Shown here: in pieces, positions 44,981 through 54,358 of the stretch
How the letters are laid out: each line of letters starts with the position of its first letter
Numbering within the stretch: the stretch's first letter is position 1
Assembly (NCBI GenBank): GCA_963838915.1
Contig: CAWIUZ010000300.1
Span: 3,283 to 67,282, forward strand
From: an uncultured Acidobacteriota bacterium
Lineage (GTDB): Bacteria > Acidobacteriota > Terriglobia > UBA7540
DNA length: 64,000 bases
Direction: 5' to 3'
The notes under the pieces: model-generated
The model's database searches: none
What the model was told of the DNA's origin: nothing
What the model saw: the letters and a program-made list of their open reading frames with translations, nothing else
Translations under genes and position numbers: made by a program

Positions 44981-45931
44981 ATGGCCAAGCCATATGAGAG
45001 CATGTCTCCGGATTGCACATCGCGGAGGAATTTCCTAAAGTTAACAACCGCGGCCATCGCGGTTGGAAGTGGCGTCGGATCGCTGGCGGCGCTGCGACCA
45101 GGGCAACTCACCGCGGGCAAAAAGAAAAAAGTAGTCGTGGCGGCGCATCCCTGGGTGTATGCGGCGCCGCTCCCGGAGTACGACATCACACCAGTGCTGG
45201 AACAGGTCTTCTCGGACATGAGCTATGCTGGGATCGACGCGATCGAACTGATGCATGAAGCCCTGCGCCATCCGGATTCGGTGGAACGCATCAGCGCGCT
45301 GTCGCACAAGTATCACCTGCCGGTACTCGGCGCGTCGTTTGGCGCTGACATGTGGGACCGCGCGAAGCACGCCGCCATTATGGATTATGCGGCGACGATC
45401 ATCACCCGCATTCAAAAACTTGGCGGACGAACCTTGGGCACATCGGTGGGCGAGGCGCGGCAGAAGAAAACGCCGGATCAGCTCGACGCCCAGGCGGAGC
45501 TTCTGCGCAAAATCATAGCCTTCGGAAACCAGCACGGCGTAGTGCTGAACCTTCACAATCACACGTATGAAGTCAGGGACAACGAATACGACCTCAATGG
45601 AACGCTGGCCCGGATTCCTGACGCCAAGCTGGGCCCGGATCTTAATTGGCTTGTTCGAGCCGGCGTCGACCCGGTGGATTTCATCCGCCGTCATTCAGCA
45701 CAAATTGTTTTTATGCATCTTCGCGACCAGAAAGCGGACGGCACTTGGTCTGAGGCTATGGGTGAGGGCGTGACAGACTTCGCCGCCGTCGGCAACGAGC
45801 TTCACAAAATAGGTTATTCTGGTGATATGGCCATTGAGCTTGCCCACGAGAGAAAATTCGCGCGAACGCGGCCCCTGCGCGAGAGCTTGAAGATGAGCCG
45901 TGAATATGTTCGGAAAACGATGGGATATTAA
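44981..45931 (+). CDS. Sugar phosphate isomerase/epimerase (xylose-isomerase-like TIM barrel) with Tat signal
   Basis: AGGAGC SD and ATG at 44981. It reads 'TSRRNFLKLTTAAIAVGSG', followed by a TIM-barrel pattern 'GIDAIELMH...NLHNHTYE...MAIELAHE'. The upstream part of ORF 44768 is repeat-derived. Confidence 0.85.
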   Translation: MAKPYESMSPDCTSRRNFLKLTTAAIAVGSGVGSLAALRPGQLTAGKKKKVVVAAHPWVYAAPLPEYDITPVLEQVFSDMSYAGIDAIELMHEALRHPDSVERISALSHKYHLPVLGASFGADMWDRAKHAAIMDYAATIITRIQKLGGRTLGTSVGEARQKKTPDQLDAQAELLRKIIAFGNQHGVVLNLHNHTYEVRDNEYDLNGTLARIPDAKLGPDLNWLVRAGVDPVDFIRRHSAQIVFMHLRDQKADGTWSEAMGEGVTDFAAVGNELHKIGYSGDMAIELAHERKFARTRPLRESLKMSREYVRKTMGY

Positions 45932-45949
45932 TCTGAGAGGAGAGGAATC

Positions 45950-47764
45950 ATGGCAAACGTCAAAGATCTGAAGGTGAACGAACCGGCGCAACGCTTGCGC
46001 GGCACCTTGCCGAAGATCGGGATCAGGCCGGCCATCGACGGGCGGCGCAAAGGGGTCCGGGAATCGCTCGAAAACCAGACCATGGAAATGGCCAAGGTGG
46101 CCGCCAAGTTCTATCAGGAACATTTGCGCCATCCCAATGGACTACCGGTGGATTGTGTGATTTCCGACACCTGCATCGGCGGCGTGGCGGAGGCTGCGGA
46201 GGCTGCGGATAAGTTTGCGCGCCAAGGTGTGGGCCTTTCCCTCACGGTTTCGCCCTGTTGGTGCTACGGCTCGGAGACCATGGATATGGATCCGCTCATC
46301 CCCAAAGCGGTCTGGGGATTCAATGGCACCGAACGGCCCGGCGCGGTTTACCTGGCCGCGGTATTGGCGGGACACAATCAAAAGGGGCTGCCCGCCTTCG
46401 GCATTTATGGGAAAGACGTGCAGGACGCGGGAGACACAACCATTCCTAAGGATGTGCAGGCGAAACTCCTGCGCTTCGCCAAAGCCGGTCTGGCCGCGGC
46501 TGAAATGAAAGGCAAGTCCTACCTTTCCCTCGGCTCCGTTTCCATGGGCATTGCCGGCTCCATGGTCGATGCGGCTTTCTTCCAGAATTTTCTGGGCATG
46601 CGTAATGAGTATGTGGACATGTCGGAATTCGTGCGGCGCATCGACGAAAAAATCTACGACCAGAAAGAATACCTCAGCGCCGCTAAATGGGTGAAAGCGA
46701 ACTGCCCCGAGGGAAAGGACTACAACGTTCCGAAAATGTCGCGAACTAGAAAGTATGACGACTGGCACACAGTGGTGAAGATGGCCCTCATCGCGCGTGA
46801 TCTGATGATAGGGAATCCCCGGCTGGCGGAGCTGGGATTCGGCGAAGAGGCGCTGGGGCACAACGCGATTCTGGCAGGGTTCCAGGGACAGCGGCATTGG
46901 ACCGACCACTTCCCCAACGGCGACTTCATGGAGGCGATCCTCAATTCCTCCTTCGATTGGAATGGCGTTCGGGAGCCCTTTGTTTTCGCTACCGAAAACG
47001 ATTCGCTCAACGGGGCCACGATGCTGTTTGGCCATTTGCTGACGGACACGGCCCAGATCTTCGCTGACGTGCGAACCTATTGGAGCCCGGAAGCGGTGAA
47101 GCGCGTCACCGGAAAGGATTTGACCGGAAAGGCGAGCGGAGGCATCATCCACCTGATAAACTCCGGCGCCGCCACTCTCGATGCCACGGGTGAACAAATG
47201 AGAGACGGCGTCCGGGTGATGAAGCCTTACTGGGAAATTACTCCTGAAGAAGTGGGCCGGTGCCTGGACGCGACCCAGTGGAGCCCTGCAATCACCGAGT
47301 ACTTCCGGGGCGGCGGGTTCTCTTCGACGTTTGCAACCAAGGGAGAATTGCCCGTCACCATGGCGCGCCTCAACCTGGTGCAGGGCTTGGGGCCGGTGCT
47401 CCAGATCGCTGAGGGTTTCACGGTGGAGTTGCCAAAGGACGTGCACCAGACACTCGATCTGAGGACCAATGCCACCTGGCCCACCACCTGGTTTTCTCCC
47501 ATCCTTACGGGCGAAGATCCTTTCAAAGACGTTTACTCAGTCATGAACAACTGGGGAGCGAATCACGGCGCCATCAGCTATGGCCACGTCGGCGATCTGC
47601 TAATCTCCCTCGCCGCGATTCTGCGCATCCCGGTCTCGATGCATAACGTGCCGGAAGAACGAGTGTACCGCCCCAGCGCCTGGACGGCTTTTGGAGCTCA
47701 AGATCCGCAGGGAGCGGATTATCGCGCCTGCGCAAACTTCGGCCCCGTCTACGGGAGGAAGTGA
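45950..47764 (+). CDS. fucI: L-fucose isomerase
   Basis: 604 aa, collinear with E. coli FucI as I recall it: '[26 protein letters not shown]', '[17 protein letters not shown]', '[15 protein letters not shown]', '[15 protein letters not shown]', 'ATENDSLNG', '[12 protein letters not shown]', 'NWGANHGA'. Confidence 0.92.
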   Translation: MANVKDLKVNEPAQRLRGTLPKIGIRPAIDGRRKGVRESLENQTMEMAKVAAKFYQEHLRHPNGLPVDCVISDTCIGGVAEAAEAADKFARQGVGLSLTVSPCWCYGSETMDMDPLIPKAVWGFNGTERPGAVYLAAVLAGHNQKGLPAFGIYGKDVQDAGDTTIPKDVQAKLLRFAKAGLAAAEMKGKSYLSLGSVSMGIAGSMVDAAFFQNFLGMRNEYVDMSEFVRRIDEKIYDQKEYLSAAKWVKANCPEGKDYNVPKMSRTRKYDDWHTVVKMALIARDLMIGNPRLAELGFGEEALGHNAILAGFQGQRHWTDHFPNGDFMEAILNSSFDWNGVREPFVFATENDSLNGATMLFGHLLTDTAQIFADVRTYWSPEAVKRVTGKDLTGKASGGIIHLINSGAATLDATGEQMRDGVRVMKPYWEITPEEVGRCLDATQWSPAITEYFRGGGFSSTFATKGELPVTMARLNLVQGLGPVLQIAEGFTVELPKDVHQTLDLRTNATWPTTWFSPILTGEDPFKDVYSVMNNWGANHGAISYGHVGDLLISLAAILRIPVSMHNVPEERVYRPSAWTAFGAQDPQGADYRACANFGPVYGRK

Positions 47765-47783
47765 TACGGCCATCGCGTTGTTG

Positions 47784-47850
47784 CCCTCTCCATAGGGGAG
47801 AGGGTGGCCCGCGGCGGCGCTTTCCCGAGGCGCGTGGGTCGGGTGAGGGG
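47784..47850. repeat. REP-like family A copy (reverse orientation)
   Basis: 'gccctctccataggggagagggtggcccgcggcggcgctttcccgaggcgcgtgggtcgggtgagggg'. Confidence 0.85.
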
Positions 47851-47962
47851 TTTCTTCAACTTCGTACTTAGCGGACGATCGAGCCTTTCGGTTAGTTCTG
47901 CCGAGGAGCACAGGGAATGAAGTCGCGGACGGAAATTGATGATGCCGAACCCCGGCAAGTGA

Positions 47963-48030
47963 CCCCTCACCCGTCACGCTCCGGCTGGTGAAGTCGCCGT
48001 AGCGTGACACCCTCTCCCCAAGGGAGAGGG
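47963..48030. repeat. REP-like family A copy
   Basis: 'cccctcacccgtcacgctccggctggtgaagtcgccgtagcgtgacaccctctccccaagggagaggg'. Confidence 0.85.
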
Positions 48031-48072
48031 TTTTGTTTCCAACATCCGACCCGTGTCCACCCGAGCATTCCC

Positions 48073-48978
48073 TCACGCGATCAACTTTTCCAAATACGCT
48101 TTTTCCTTGCGAATGTCCTCGAGTTGGCGCGGCCCTGAGATCTCCCTCTCAATCGTAAGAGGCCCGTCGTAGCCGAGTTGTTTTAGACGAGGAATGAGCC
48201 TGGGGAAATCCGCTTTGCCCTGGCCGATGGCAACCTCTTCGCCAATCTTCTTCGGATCGGTTGGGAAGAGACCGTCTTTGGCGTGGGTGCCGCGCACCAG
48301 TTTGCCGATTACGTCCAGGGCGTCGTTGGGATTGCCTTTGCCGTAGAGGATCAGGTTGGCAGTGTCAAGGTTAACAAACTGGCTATCAACGCCCACGTCC
48401 GTGATCGCCCGCAGCAGGGTTATGGGAGTCTCCTGCCCCGTCTCATATAACATCATTTGACCGTTCCCTTTTAAATAGGTCGCAACTTCGCGAAGCGCCG
48501 GCAGCACATCCTTGTAGGCAGGATCGTTGGGGTTTTCGGGTATGAACCCGAAGTGGGTGTGAATAGCAGGAATCCCCAACTTCTTGGCGAAATCGGAAGC
48601 CTGCTTGAAGTGCGCGATGCGCTGGGCCCGGTACTTCACAGGCACCAAGCCGATGGTCAGCGGCCCTTGGTAGAAGTCATAAACGTGCGGCCCGGGGCCA
48701 CCGGTATTGAGTGCGGTCACCTCGATATTGAACTTCTGAACCGCGTCGCGGATGCCCTTCTCCATCTGGTCCGAAAAATCCTCCGTTGAAACCTGGCAGG
48801 TAGGGACTCCGAAATCATGAACTCTCTTGAATGCTGCGTCAGGATTCTTGCCCATGCCGATAATGATGCCCAGGCGCATGCCTTTTCCAGCCGGAGCAGC
48901 GGGTGCGCCGGACATCAGCCCCGCGGCCCCCGCAGCAGCCGTAGCTTTCAGGAAATCGCGTCGGTCGAATGTTTTCAT
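48073..48978 (-). CDS. Sugar phosphate isomerase/epimerase (TIM barrel) with Tat signal
   Basis: 'MKTFDRRDFLKATAAAGAAGLMSG', followed by a xylose-isomerase-like TIM-barrel pattern 'GIPAIHTHFGFIPE...MMLYETGQE...VNLDTANLILYG...THAKDG'. Confidence 0.85.
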   Translation of the reverse strand: MKTFDRRDFLKATAAAGAAGLMSGAPAAPAGKGMRLGIIIGMGKNPDAAFKRVHDFGVPTCQVSTEDFSDQMEKGIRDAVQKFNIEVTALNTGGPGPHVYDFYQGPLTIGLVPVKYRAQRIAHFKQASDFAKKLGIPAIHTHFGFIPENPNDPAYKDVLPALREVATYLKGNGQMMLYETGQETPITLLRAITDVGVDSQFVNLDTANLILYGKGNPNDALDVIGKLVRGTHAKDGLFPTDPKKIGEEVAIGQGKADFPRLIPRLKQLGYDGPLTIEREISGPRQLEDIRKEKAYLEKLIA

Positions 48979-49000
48979 AGAAGATTACCTCGTCGGAAAT

Positions 49001-49049
49001 AGGATTCAGGATTCAGGGCTCCCGCGCGCCAATACCTGAATCCTGATTG
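49001..49049. repeat. Inverted heptamer arrays (AGGATTC / CTGAATC) forming a hairpin
   Basis: 'aggattc aggattc agggctc ... ctgaatc ctgattg', upstream of the 48978 start. Confidence 0.75.
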
Positions 49050-49137
49050 CCGTCTTGTTGACAACTTCTGAGACTACAGCATAGTATCCAATTTTGAGCA
49101 AAAATGCTCGGGATTAGCCGATGATTCGAGGATGTCC

Positions 49138-49172
49138 TGACTCCTGACTCCTGAATCCCGAATCCTGCTTTT
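49138..49172. repeat. Heptamer tandem array (5 units, TGAMTCC) ending at the larC start codon
   Basis: 'tgactcc tgactcc tgaatcc cgaatcc tgctttt', followed directly by ATG 49173. Confidence 0.8.
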
Positions 49173-50393
49173 ATGAAACAAGCATACCTGGATTGTTTCT
49201 CCGGCATCAGCGGCGACATGTTTGTGGGCGCGTTGCTCGATGTAGGCTTGCCCCTGGAGCGGTTGCTCGCCGAACTGAAGAAGATCCCACTGGGCTCTTA
49301 CGAGTTCGAGCGCACGCGCGCGTTGCGGGGGCATCTGGTAGGGACGCGAGTGGAAATTCGCGTGCCGGGCAAGCAGCCAAGCCGCAAGCTCGGAGACATC
49401 GAGACGCTCATTCGAGACAGCGCACTCTCTGCGGGCGTCAAAGAACAAACCCTGAAGGTCTTTGGCCGCCTGGCGGAAGCTGAAGGAAAGCTGCACAATA
49501 TGCCGCCCGGGCAGGTGCACTTCCACGAGGTCGGCGCGGTCGACGCGATTCTTGACATCGTGGGAACTTGTGTCGGACTTGAGCTCCTCGATATCTCGCA
49601 CCTTACTTGTTCGCCGGTGAACGTGGGCAGCGGTTGCGTCCAGGCCGCGCACGGCTCGTTGCCGGTTCCCGCGCCCGCCTCCCTCGAACTGCTCAAGGAC
49701 ATCCCCATCTATTCTTCCGGCGTCGATGGCGAGCTAGTGACGCCCACCGGAGCGGCGCTTATCTCTTCGCTCTCGAGTGGTTTCGGACCCATTCCGGCCA
49801 TGAGAGTGGAGCGCGTAGGGTACGGCGCCGGAGCGCGGGAAATCCCGGGGCATCCGAACCTGGCGCGCCTGCTGCTCGGGGAGAGCGCCGAACCTGTGAG
49901 CGTTCGCGAGGGCGCAGCGGGCGATGAAGTGGTTTCGGTGATTGAGGCCAACGTCGACGATATGAGTCCGCAGCTTTACGGCTTTTTCATTGACCAGGCG
50001 CTGGCCGCCGGAGCCCTGGATGTAACCTGCACGCCCATCCAGATGAAGAAGGACCGGCCTGGAATTCTGCTGAGTGTGCTTTGCACCCCCGAGAAGAGCG
50101 ATGCGCTGGCCCAGATGCTCTTCGAGCAAACCACCACCATCGGAGTGCGAATCTACGAGGCGCGGCGCAAGATTCTGGAACGGGAGCTTGTGAACATCCA
50201 GACCCCCTACGGCACGGTCAAGGTCAAAGTGGCGAAGCGCGACGGCAAAGTCTTGAATTTTGCGCCCGAATACGAAGACTGCCAGCGTTTGGCCACCGAG
50301 AAAGGCATCCCGCTCAAGCAGGTTATGATCGCCGCGCAAGCCGCGTACCTGGCGCACGCTGAGCAAATAGCCCTCTCCCAGGGGAGAGGGTGA
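49173..50393 (+). CDS. larC: LarC-family nickel insertion protein (DUF111)
   Basis: 'MKQAYLDCFSGISGDMFVGALLDVGLP', 'FHEVGAVDAILDIVG', 'SPVNVGSG' and 'TPTGAALI'. The last 7 codons and the stop lie inside a family A repeat. Confidence 0.88.
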   Translation: MKQAYLDCFSGISGDMFVGALLDVGLPLERLLAELKKIPLGSYEFERTRALRGHLVGTRVEIRVPGKQPSRKLGDIETLIRDSALSAGVKEQTLKVFGRLAEAEGKLHNMPPGQVHFHEVGAVDAILDIVGTCVGLELLDISHLTCSPVNVGSGCVQAAHGSLPVPAPASLELLKDIPIYSSGVDGELVTPTGAALISSLSSGFGPIPAMRVERVGYGAGAREIPGHPNLARLLLGESAEPVSVREGAAGDEVVSVIEANVDDMSPQLYGFFIDQALAAGALDVTCTPIQMKKDRPGILLSVLCTPEKSDALAQMLFEQTTTIGVRIYEARRKILERELVNIQTPYGTVKVKVAKRDGKVLNFAPEYEDCQRLATEKGIPLKQVMIAAQAAYLAHAEQIALSQGRG

Positions 50394-50438
50394 ACCGCAG
50401 CCGGCGTCTTCTTCAGCCGGGGCGGGCCGGATGAGGGG
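50370..50438. repeat. REP-like family A copy (reverse orientation)
   Basis: 'gccctctcccaggggagagggtgaaccgcagccggcgtcttcttcagccggggcgggccggatgagggg'. Confidence 0.85.
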
Positions 50439-50527
50439 TTAGTTTCACGATGAACAGGCCGGACGAGAATCAACACGGTCCTGGCTAGGTCATTGGCATG
50501 ACACCAAACACCTGGCACCTGATACCC

Positions 50528-52939
50528 ATGAAAACGTTCTACCTCACAACTCCCATTTATTATCCCAACGCCCGGCCCCACGTGGGCTCAGCCTACACGA
50601 CAATTGTTTGCGACGTAATCGCGCGCTACAAACGCATGTGCGGGTACGATGTGGCCTTCCTCACTGGCACCGACGAGCACGGGGAGAAGATCGAGCGCGC
50701 CGCGGCGGCGGCCAGCCAGACGCCCAGCCAGTTCGTGGCGGAAAAGCGGAAACTGTTTGTTCAGCTTTGGGAGAGACTCGGCATCCCAGTGAGCGTTTAT
50801 CCCGAGGGCAGGCCCGATTCCCTGCGTTTCATTTACACCACTCATCCCGACCACGAGAAGTCCGTGCGGCGAATGCTCCTGCTGGCAAAGAATTACCCGC
50901 TGCGACACTGCGCTAATTGCGATCTTTATGTACATGGCGTCGAACCCGAGGCCTGCCAGAATTGCAACGGGATCTTAGAGTCGACGCCTGTAATCTATAA
51001 GAAGCAATACCAGGGTCGCTACTGCGTCTCCGATGAACGGTACGTTTCGGACGGCACCGATCCGGTGGACTGCGACATTTGTGGCCGCCCTGCGGAGCTG
51101 ATCAGCGAAGAGAATTACTTCTTCAAGCTTTCAGCATTCCAGGACCGCCTGCTCGAGCTCTACGAGAAGCGCCCGGATTTCGTGCAGCCGGACTATCGCC
51201 GGAACGAAGTCAAGAGCTTCGTGAAGAGCGGTTTGCGCGACATTTCGGTAAGCCGTAAGCGCCTCAAGTGGGGCATCCCGTGGCCGGATGACCCCGATCA
51301 GGTGGTTTACGTCTGGTACGACGCGCTCACCAGCTACCTCACCGGCATTGGGTATGCGCAAGACGAAAACGGCGGCCCGGATTTTCAAAAGTACTGGCTG
51401 CACACCGAAGGGCAGGGTGAGGTCGTTCACATGATCGGGAAAGACATCCTGCGCTTCCACGCCGTCTACTGGCCCGCGTTCTTGATGGCCGCGGGGCTCC
51501 CCCTGCCGAAGACGGTGTTCGCTCACGGCTGGATTTATTACGAGCAGGATAAGATGTCGAAGTCGAAGGGCAACGTCGTCTATCCCGAGCCCATAGTAGA
51601 AGGCGAAGGGTTAGTTCCAGAACGTCCGAAGAAAGCGTCAGATCAGGAATATGCAAAGCTCGTTGCCGCTACCAAGCTGGTCGGCAACGACGCCCTGCGC
51701 TATTACCTTCTCCGCGAGGCTCCGTTCGGACAGGATACGAGCTTCTCATATGAGGGCTTGATTCAGCGCTACAACTCGGACTTGGCGAACGACTTGGGGA
51801 ATTTAGCCAGCCGCACGCTCGCGATGCTGCATCAGTTTTGTGGGGCGGAGGTACCTCCGAGGCCGACGCTAAGCAAACGGGACCCGTACTGGGATATTGA
51901 AGGGGCGTATAGCGTTTTCCGACAGGAAATTCAAGCAATGAGTTTCTCCACCGCGCTAGCCTCCATGGGGCTTCAAGTCTCCGCCTTCAACAGGGAGATT
52001 AACGACGTTAGGCCCTGGGAGTTGGCCAAGTCCTCGTCGGCAAACGACAAAGAAGACCTCCAAAGGATACTTTACCAAGCTGCAGACTTCTTGAGGGTGG
52101 CGTGTATTCTGCTATATCCCGTGATGCCCAGCGGGATGATACATCTCTGGGTTCAACTCGGCTGCGCAGAGTATCTCGGCACGGTCACGGAGCAACGCCT
52201 CGACCAACTCAAGTGGGGTGCATTGAAACCCGGCACAAAAGTCGGTAAGCCAGAACCCATTTTCCTGCGCCTCGACAAAGCCAAGACGCTCGCCAAGCTC
52301 GAAGAACTCGCCGAGGTTGACCGTGAGCGTGGTAAGCCTGCGGTAGGGGCGCTTCGCGAAGCGCCCCTACAGACGCCCCCACAAACGCCCCGGCAAGCGC
52401 CAGTACAGCTCAGCCTTGCCGGAACCGGCGGCGAACCTGACAAATCCAAGGAGGCATTCCTACCCGTGCAAACAGAGAACAAACCCGAAGCAGCGCCTAA
52501 GCCCGCACCAGAAGCCAAAGCCCCAAGCTCCCAAGCCCCAGCCCCCAGCCCCCAGTCCCTAGTCCCTGGCCCTCAGTCCCCAGCCCCTAGCCCCCAACCC
52601 CCAGCCCCCAGCCTGATTTCCATTGACGACTTCGTCAAGGTCGAGATGCGCGTGGGCGAAGTGAAGGCTGCCGAGCACGTTCCCGGTGCGTCGAAGCTTC
52701 TGAAGCTGATGGTGGACATTGGCTCGGAAGTTCGCCAGGTTGTGGCCGGCCTGGCAGAGTACTATCGGCCGGAAAACCTTGTCGGAATGAAGGTCGTGGT
52801 GGTCACCAATCTCCAACCCCGCAGGCTTCGCGGCGTGGAATCAAACGGCATGATCATTGCTGCTTCGGTAGGCGACCACGGCCGTCCCGTGCTCGTGACG
52901 TTTAAGGAAGACGTGGAGAACGGAGCGCGATTGAAGTGA
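50528..52939 (+). CDS. metG: Methionine--tRNA ligase with C-terminal tRNA-binding (EMAP/Trbp111-like) domain
   Basis: Starts 'MKTFYLTTPIYYPNARPHVGSAYT' (HIGH-type motif). It has Zn knuckles 'CANCD..CQNCNG' and 'CDICGRP', a 'KMSKSKGN' loop, and a C-terminal 'VKVEMRVGEVKAAEHVPGASKLLKLMVDIG...VVVVTNLQPRRLRGVESNGMI'. An earlier in-frame ATG at 50498 is less likely. Confidence 0.93.
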   Translation: MKTFYLTTPIYYPNARPHVGSAYTTIVCDVIARYKRMCGYDVAFLTGTDEHGEKIERAAAAASQTPSQFVAEKRKLFVQLWERLGIPVSVYPEGRPDSLRFIYTTHPDHEKSVRRMLLLAKNYPLRHCANCDLYVHGVEPEACQNCNGILESTPVIYKKQYQGRYCVSDERYVSDGTDPVDCDICGRPAELISEENYFFKLSAFQDRLLELYEKRPDFVQPDYRRNEVKSFVKSGLRDISVSRKRLKWGIPWPDDPDQVVYVWYDALTSYLTGIGYAQDENGGPDFQKYWLHTEGQGEVVHMIGKDILRFHAVYWPAFLMAAGLPLPKTVFAHGWIYYEQDKMSKSKGNVVYPEPIVEGEGLVPERPKKASDQEYAKLVAATKLVGNDALRYYLLREAPFGQDTSFSYEGLIQRYNSDLANDLGNLASRTLAMLHQFCGAEVPPRPTLSKRDPYWDIEGAYSVFRQEIQAMSFSTALASMGLQVSAFNREINDVRPWELAKSSSANDKEDLQRILYQAADFLRVACILLYPVMPSGMIHLWVQLGCAEYLGTVTEQRLDQLKWGALKPGTKVGKPEPIFLRLDKAKTLAKLEELAEVDRERGKPAVGALREAPLQTPPQTPRQAPVQLSLAGTGGEPDKSKEAFLPVQTENKPEAAPKPAPEAKAPSSQAPAPSPQSLVPGPQSPAPSPQPPAPSLISIDDFVKVEMRVGEVKAAEHVPGASKLLKLMVDIGSEVRQVVAGLAEYYRPENLVGMKVVVVTNLQPRRLRGVESNGMIIAASVGDHGRPVLVTFKEDVENGARLK
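52521..52611. repeat. Heptamer array (about 13 units, YCCCYAG) inside the metG coding sequence
   Basis: 'cccccag cccccag tccctag tccctgg ccctcag tccccag cccctag cccccaa cccccag cccccag'. It translates in frame as 'APAPSPQSLVPGPQSPAPSPQPPAPS'. Confidence 0.8.
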
Positions 52940-53038
52940 TTGAGTCATTGAGCCATTGGGTCATTGACTCCTTCAATTAGCTGGTTTTTCAATGGCCCAA
53001 CGACTCAATGACCCGATGACCCAATGAATCAATTGCTG
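52939..53038. repeat. Inverted pair of octamer arrays (ATTGAGYC / complement)
   Basis: 52939-52970 reads 'attgagtc attgagcc attgggtc attgactc'. 52991-53038 reads 'aatggccc aacgactc aatgaccc gatgaccc aatgaatc aattgctg'. The pair spans the metG stop to the tatD start (ATG 53024 lies inside the array). Confidence 0.8.
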
Positions 53039-53818
53039 GATTCCCATGCTCACCTTGACGACCCCGATTTCGACGCTGACCGCGCGGCGGTGATGGCGCG
53101 CGCCCGTGCCGCCGGAGTGCGCTATCTCCTGGTTGTTGGGGGCGGCACCGGGCCGGATAACCTCGAAGCTCCCGTCGCCCTTGCCGAGAGCCACGATTGG
53201 ATTTACGCCGCGGTGGGCGTTCACCCGCACGATGCGAAACATTTCACGGAACGTCACGCCGAGCAAATCGGCAAGCTGGCGCAACGCCCAAGAGTAGTGG
53301 GCATCGGCGAGATCGGCCTTGACTACCATTACGACAACTCACCCCGCGACGTTCAGAAGTCCGTGCTCATTCGGCAAATGGAATTGGCTCGTCAAGCTCG
53401 GCGCCCCATTATTATTCACTGCCGCGAGGCGTGGCCGGACCTCACCGAAGTCACTCAAGCTCACTGGCAATCGAGCGGGCTGGGCGGCATTCTGCATTGT
53501 TTTTCGGGCTCACGTCTGGACGCGATGAGGTTTCTCGACTGGGGATTTCTGGTTTCGTTTGCCGGCAACGTGACGTATAAGAAGGCGGAGGAACTCCGTG
53601 AAGTGGCGCGCGAGATTCCCCTGGATCGTTTGCTGACCGAAACCGACTGTCCTTACCTGGCTCCCGTCCCGTATCGCGGCAAGCGCAACGAGCCGGCCTT
53701 TGTAATCGAGGTTGCGCGCACCCTGGCCGCTCTTCGTCACTTGAGCGCTGAGGAACTGGGAGAAACCGTAGTGCGAAACTTTGAACGGCTATTTGGGTTA
53801 GCCTCGCACGGAGCGTGA
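53024..53818 (+). CDS. TatD-family metal-dependent hydrolase
   Basis: 'LLDSHAHLDDPDFD', 'AVGVHPHDA', 'IGEIGLDYHY', 'PIIIHCREAW', 'ILHCFSG' and 'LLTETDCPYLAP'. Confidence 0.9.
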   Translation: MNQLLDSHAHLDDPDFDADRAAVMARARAAGVRYLLVVGGGTGPDNLEAPVALAESHDWIYAAVGVHPHDAKHFTERHAEQIGKLAQRPRVVGIGEIGLDYHYDNSPRDVQKSVLIRQMELARQARRPIIIHCREAWPDLTEVTQAHWQSSGLGGILHCFSGSRLDAMRFLDWGFLVSFAGNVTYKKAEELREVAREIPLDRLLTETDCPYLAPVPYRGKRNEPAFVIEVARTLAALRHLSAEELGETVVRNFERLFGLASHGA

Positions 53819-53977
53819 CTATCGAGGAAGGGTTCACGCAAAGGCGCCAAGGACGCAAAGCTCGCAAAGAAATGAAGTGCTTCCCCTGCGCGTTTTCTTG
53901 CCAGTGGCGTCTTTGCGGAGCTGTTTGGATTTGTGAGTTAAGCAGCGCTATAGGAAACTTGCGGTGACGGTGCTCGT

Positions 53978-54005
53978 CACTCGTCACTTGTCACTCGTCA
54001 CTATG
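53978..54005. repeat. Heptamer tandem array (4 units, CACTYGT) running into a start codon
   Basis: 'cactcgt cacttgt cactcgt cactatg'. The last unit contains ATG 54003. Confidence 0.75.
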
Positions 54006-54284
54006 TATTTCAACTGCTGGAAGTGCCGCCAGAAAATCGAATATCCTTCCGGAAGCCGCGTGGGCACGCGCGACATCTGCCCCCAGTGTGGCTCCGACTT
54101 GCATGCCTGCTGCAATTGCCAATTCTACGATCCCGGCAAACACAATCAGTGCGCCGAAACCCAGGCCGAATGGGTCCGCGATAAAGAGGCCGCGAACTAC
54201 TGCAATTACTTTCGCCCCAATCCCACCCTGCTGGCCAGCGCCGATACAGGGGAAGCCATGCAAGGAAATTGCAGTGGCTCTTGA
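54003..54284 (+). CDS. Small Cys-rich (zinc-ribbon-like) protein
   Basis: 'MYFNCWKCRQKIEYPSGSRVGTRDICPQCGSDLHACCNCQFYDPGKHNQCAE' has CxxC pairs. No family can be named. Confidence 0.5.
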   Translation: MYFNCWKCRQKIEYPSGSRVGTRDICPQCGSDLHACCNCQFYDPGKHNQCAETQAEWVRDKEAANYCNYFRPNPTLLASADTGEAMQGNCSGS

Positions 54285-54320
54285 ATTCTCTGATAGACTC
54301 ACCCGGAATTGTGGAATCAA

Positions 54321-54348
54321 AATTCCAGATTCAAGATTCCAGATTCAA
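54321..54348. repeat. Heptamer tandem array (4 units, GATTCMA)
   Basis: 'aattcca gattcaa gattcca gattcaa'. It is the reverse complement of the array at 54887. Confidence 0.8.
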
Positions 54349-54358
54349 GAGGGCTAGC

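Noticed and set aside
46142-47446. 434-aa minus-strand ORF antisense to fucI
   Set aside because: Same reasoning. fucI on the plus strand is strongly supported, and the antisense product is low-complexity and Arg/His-rich.
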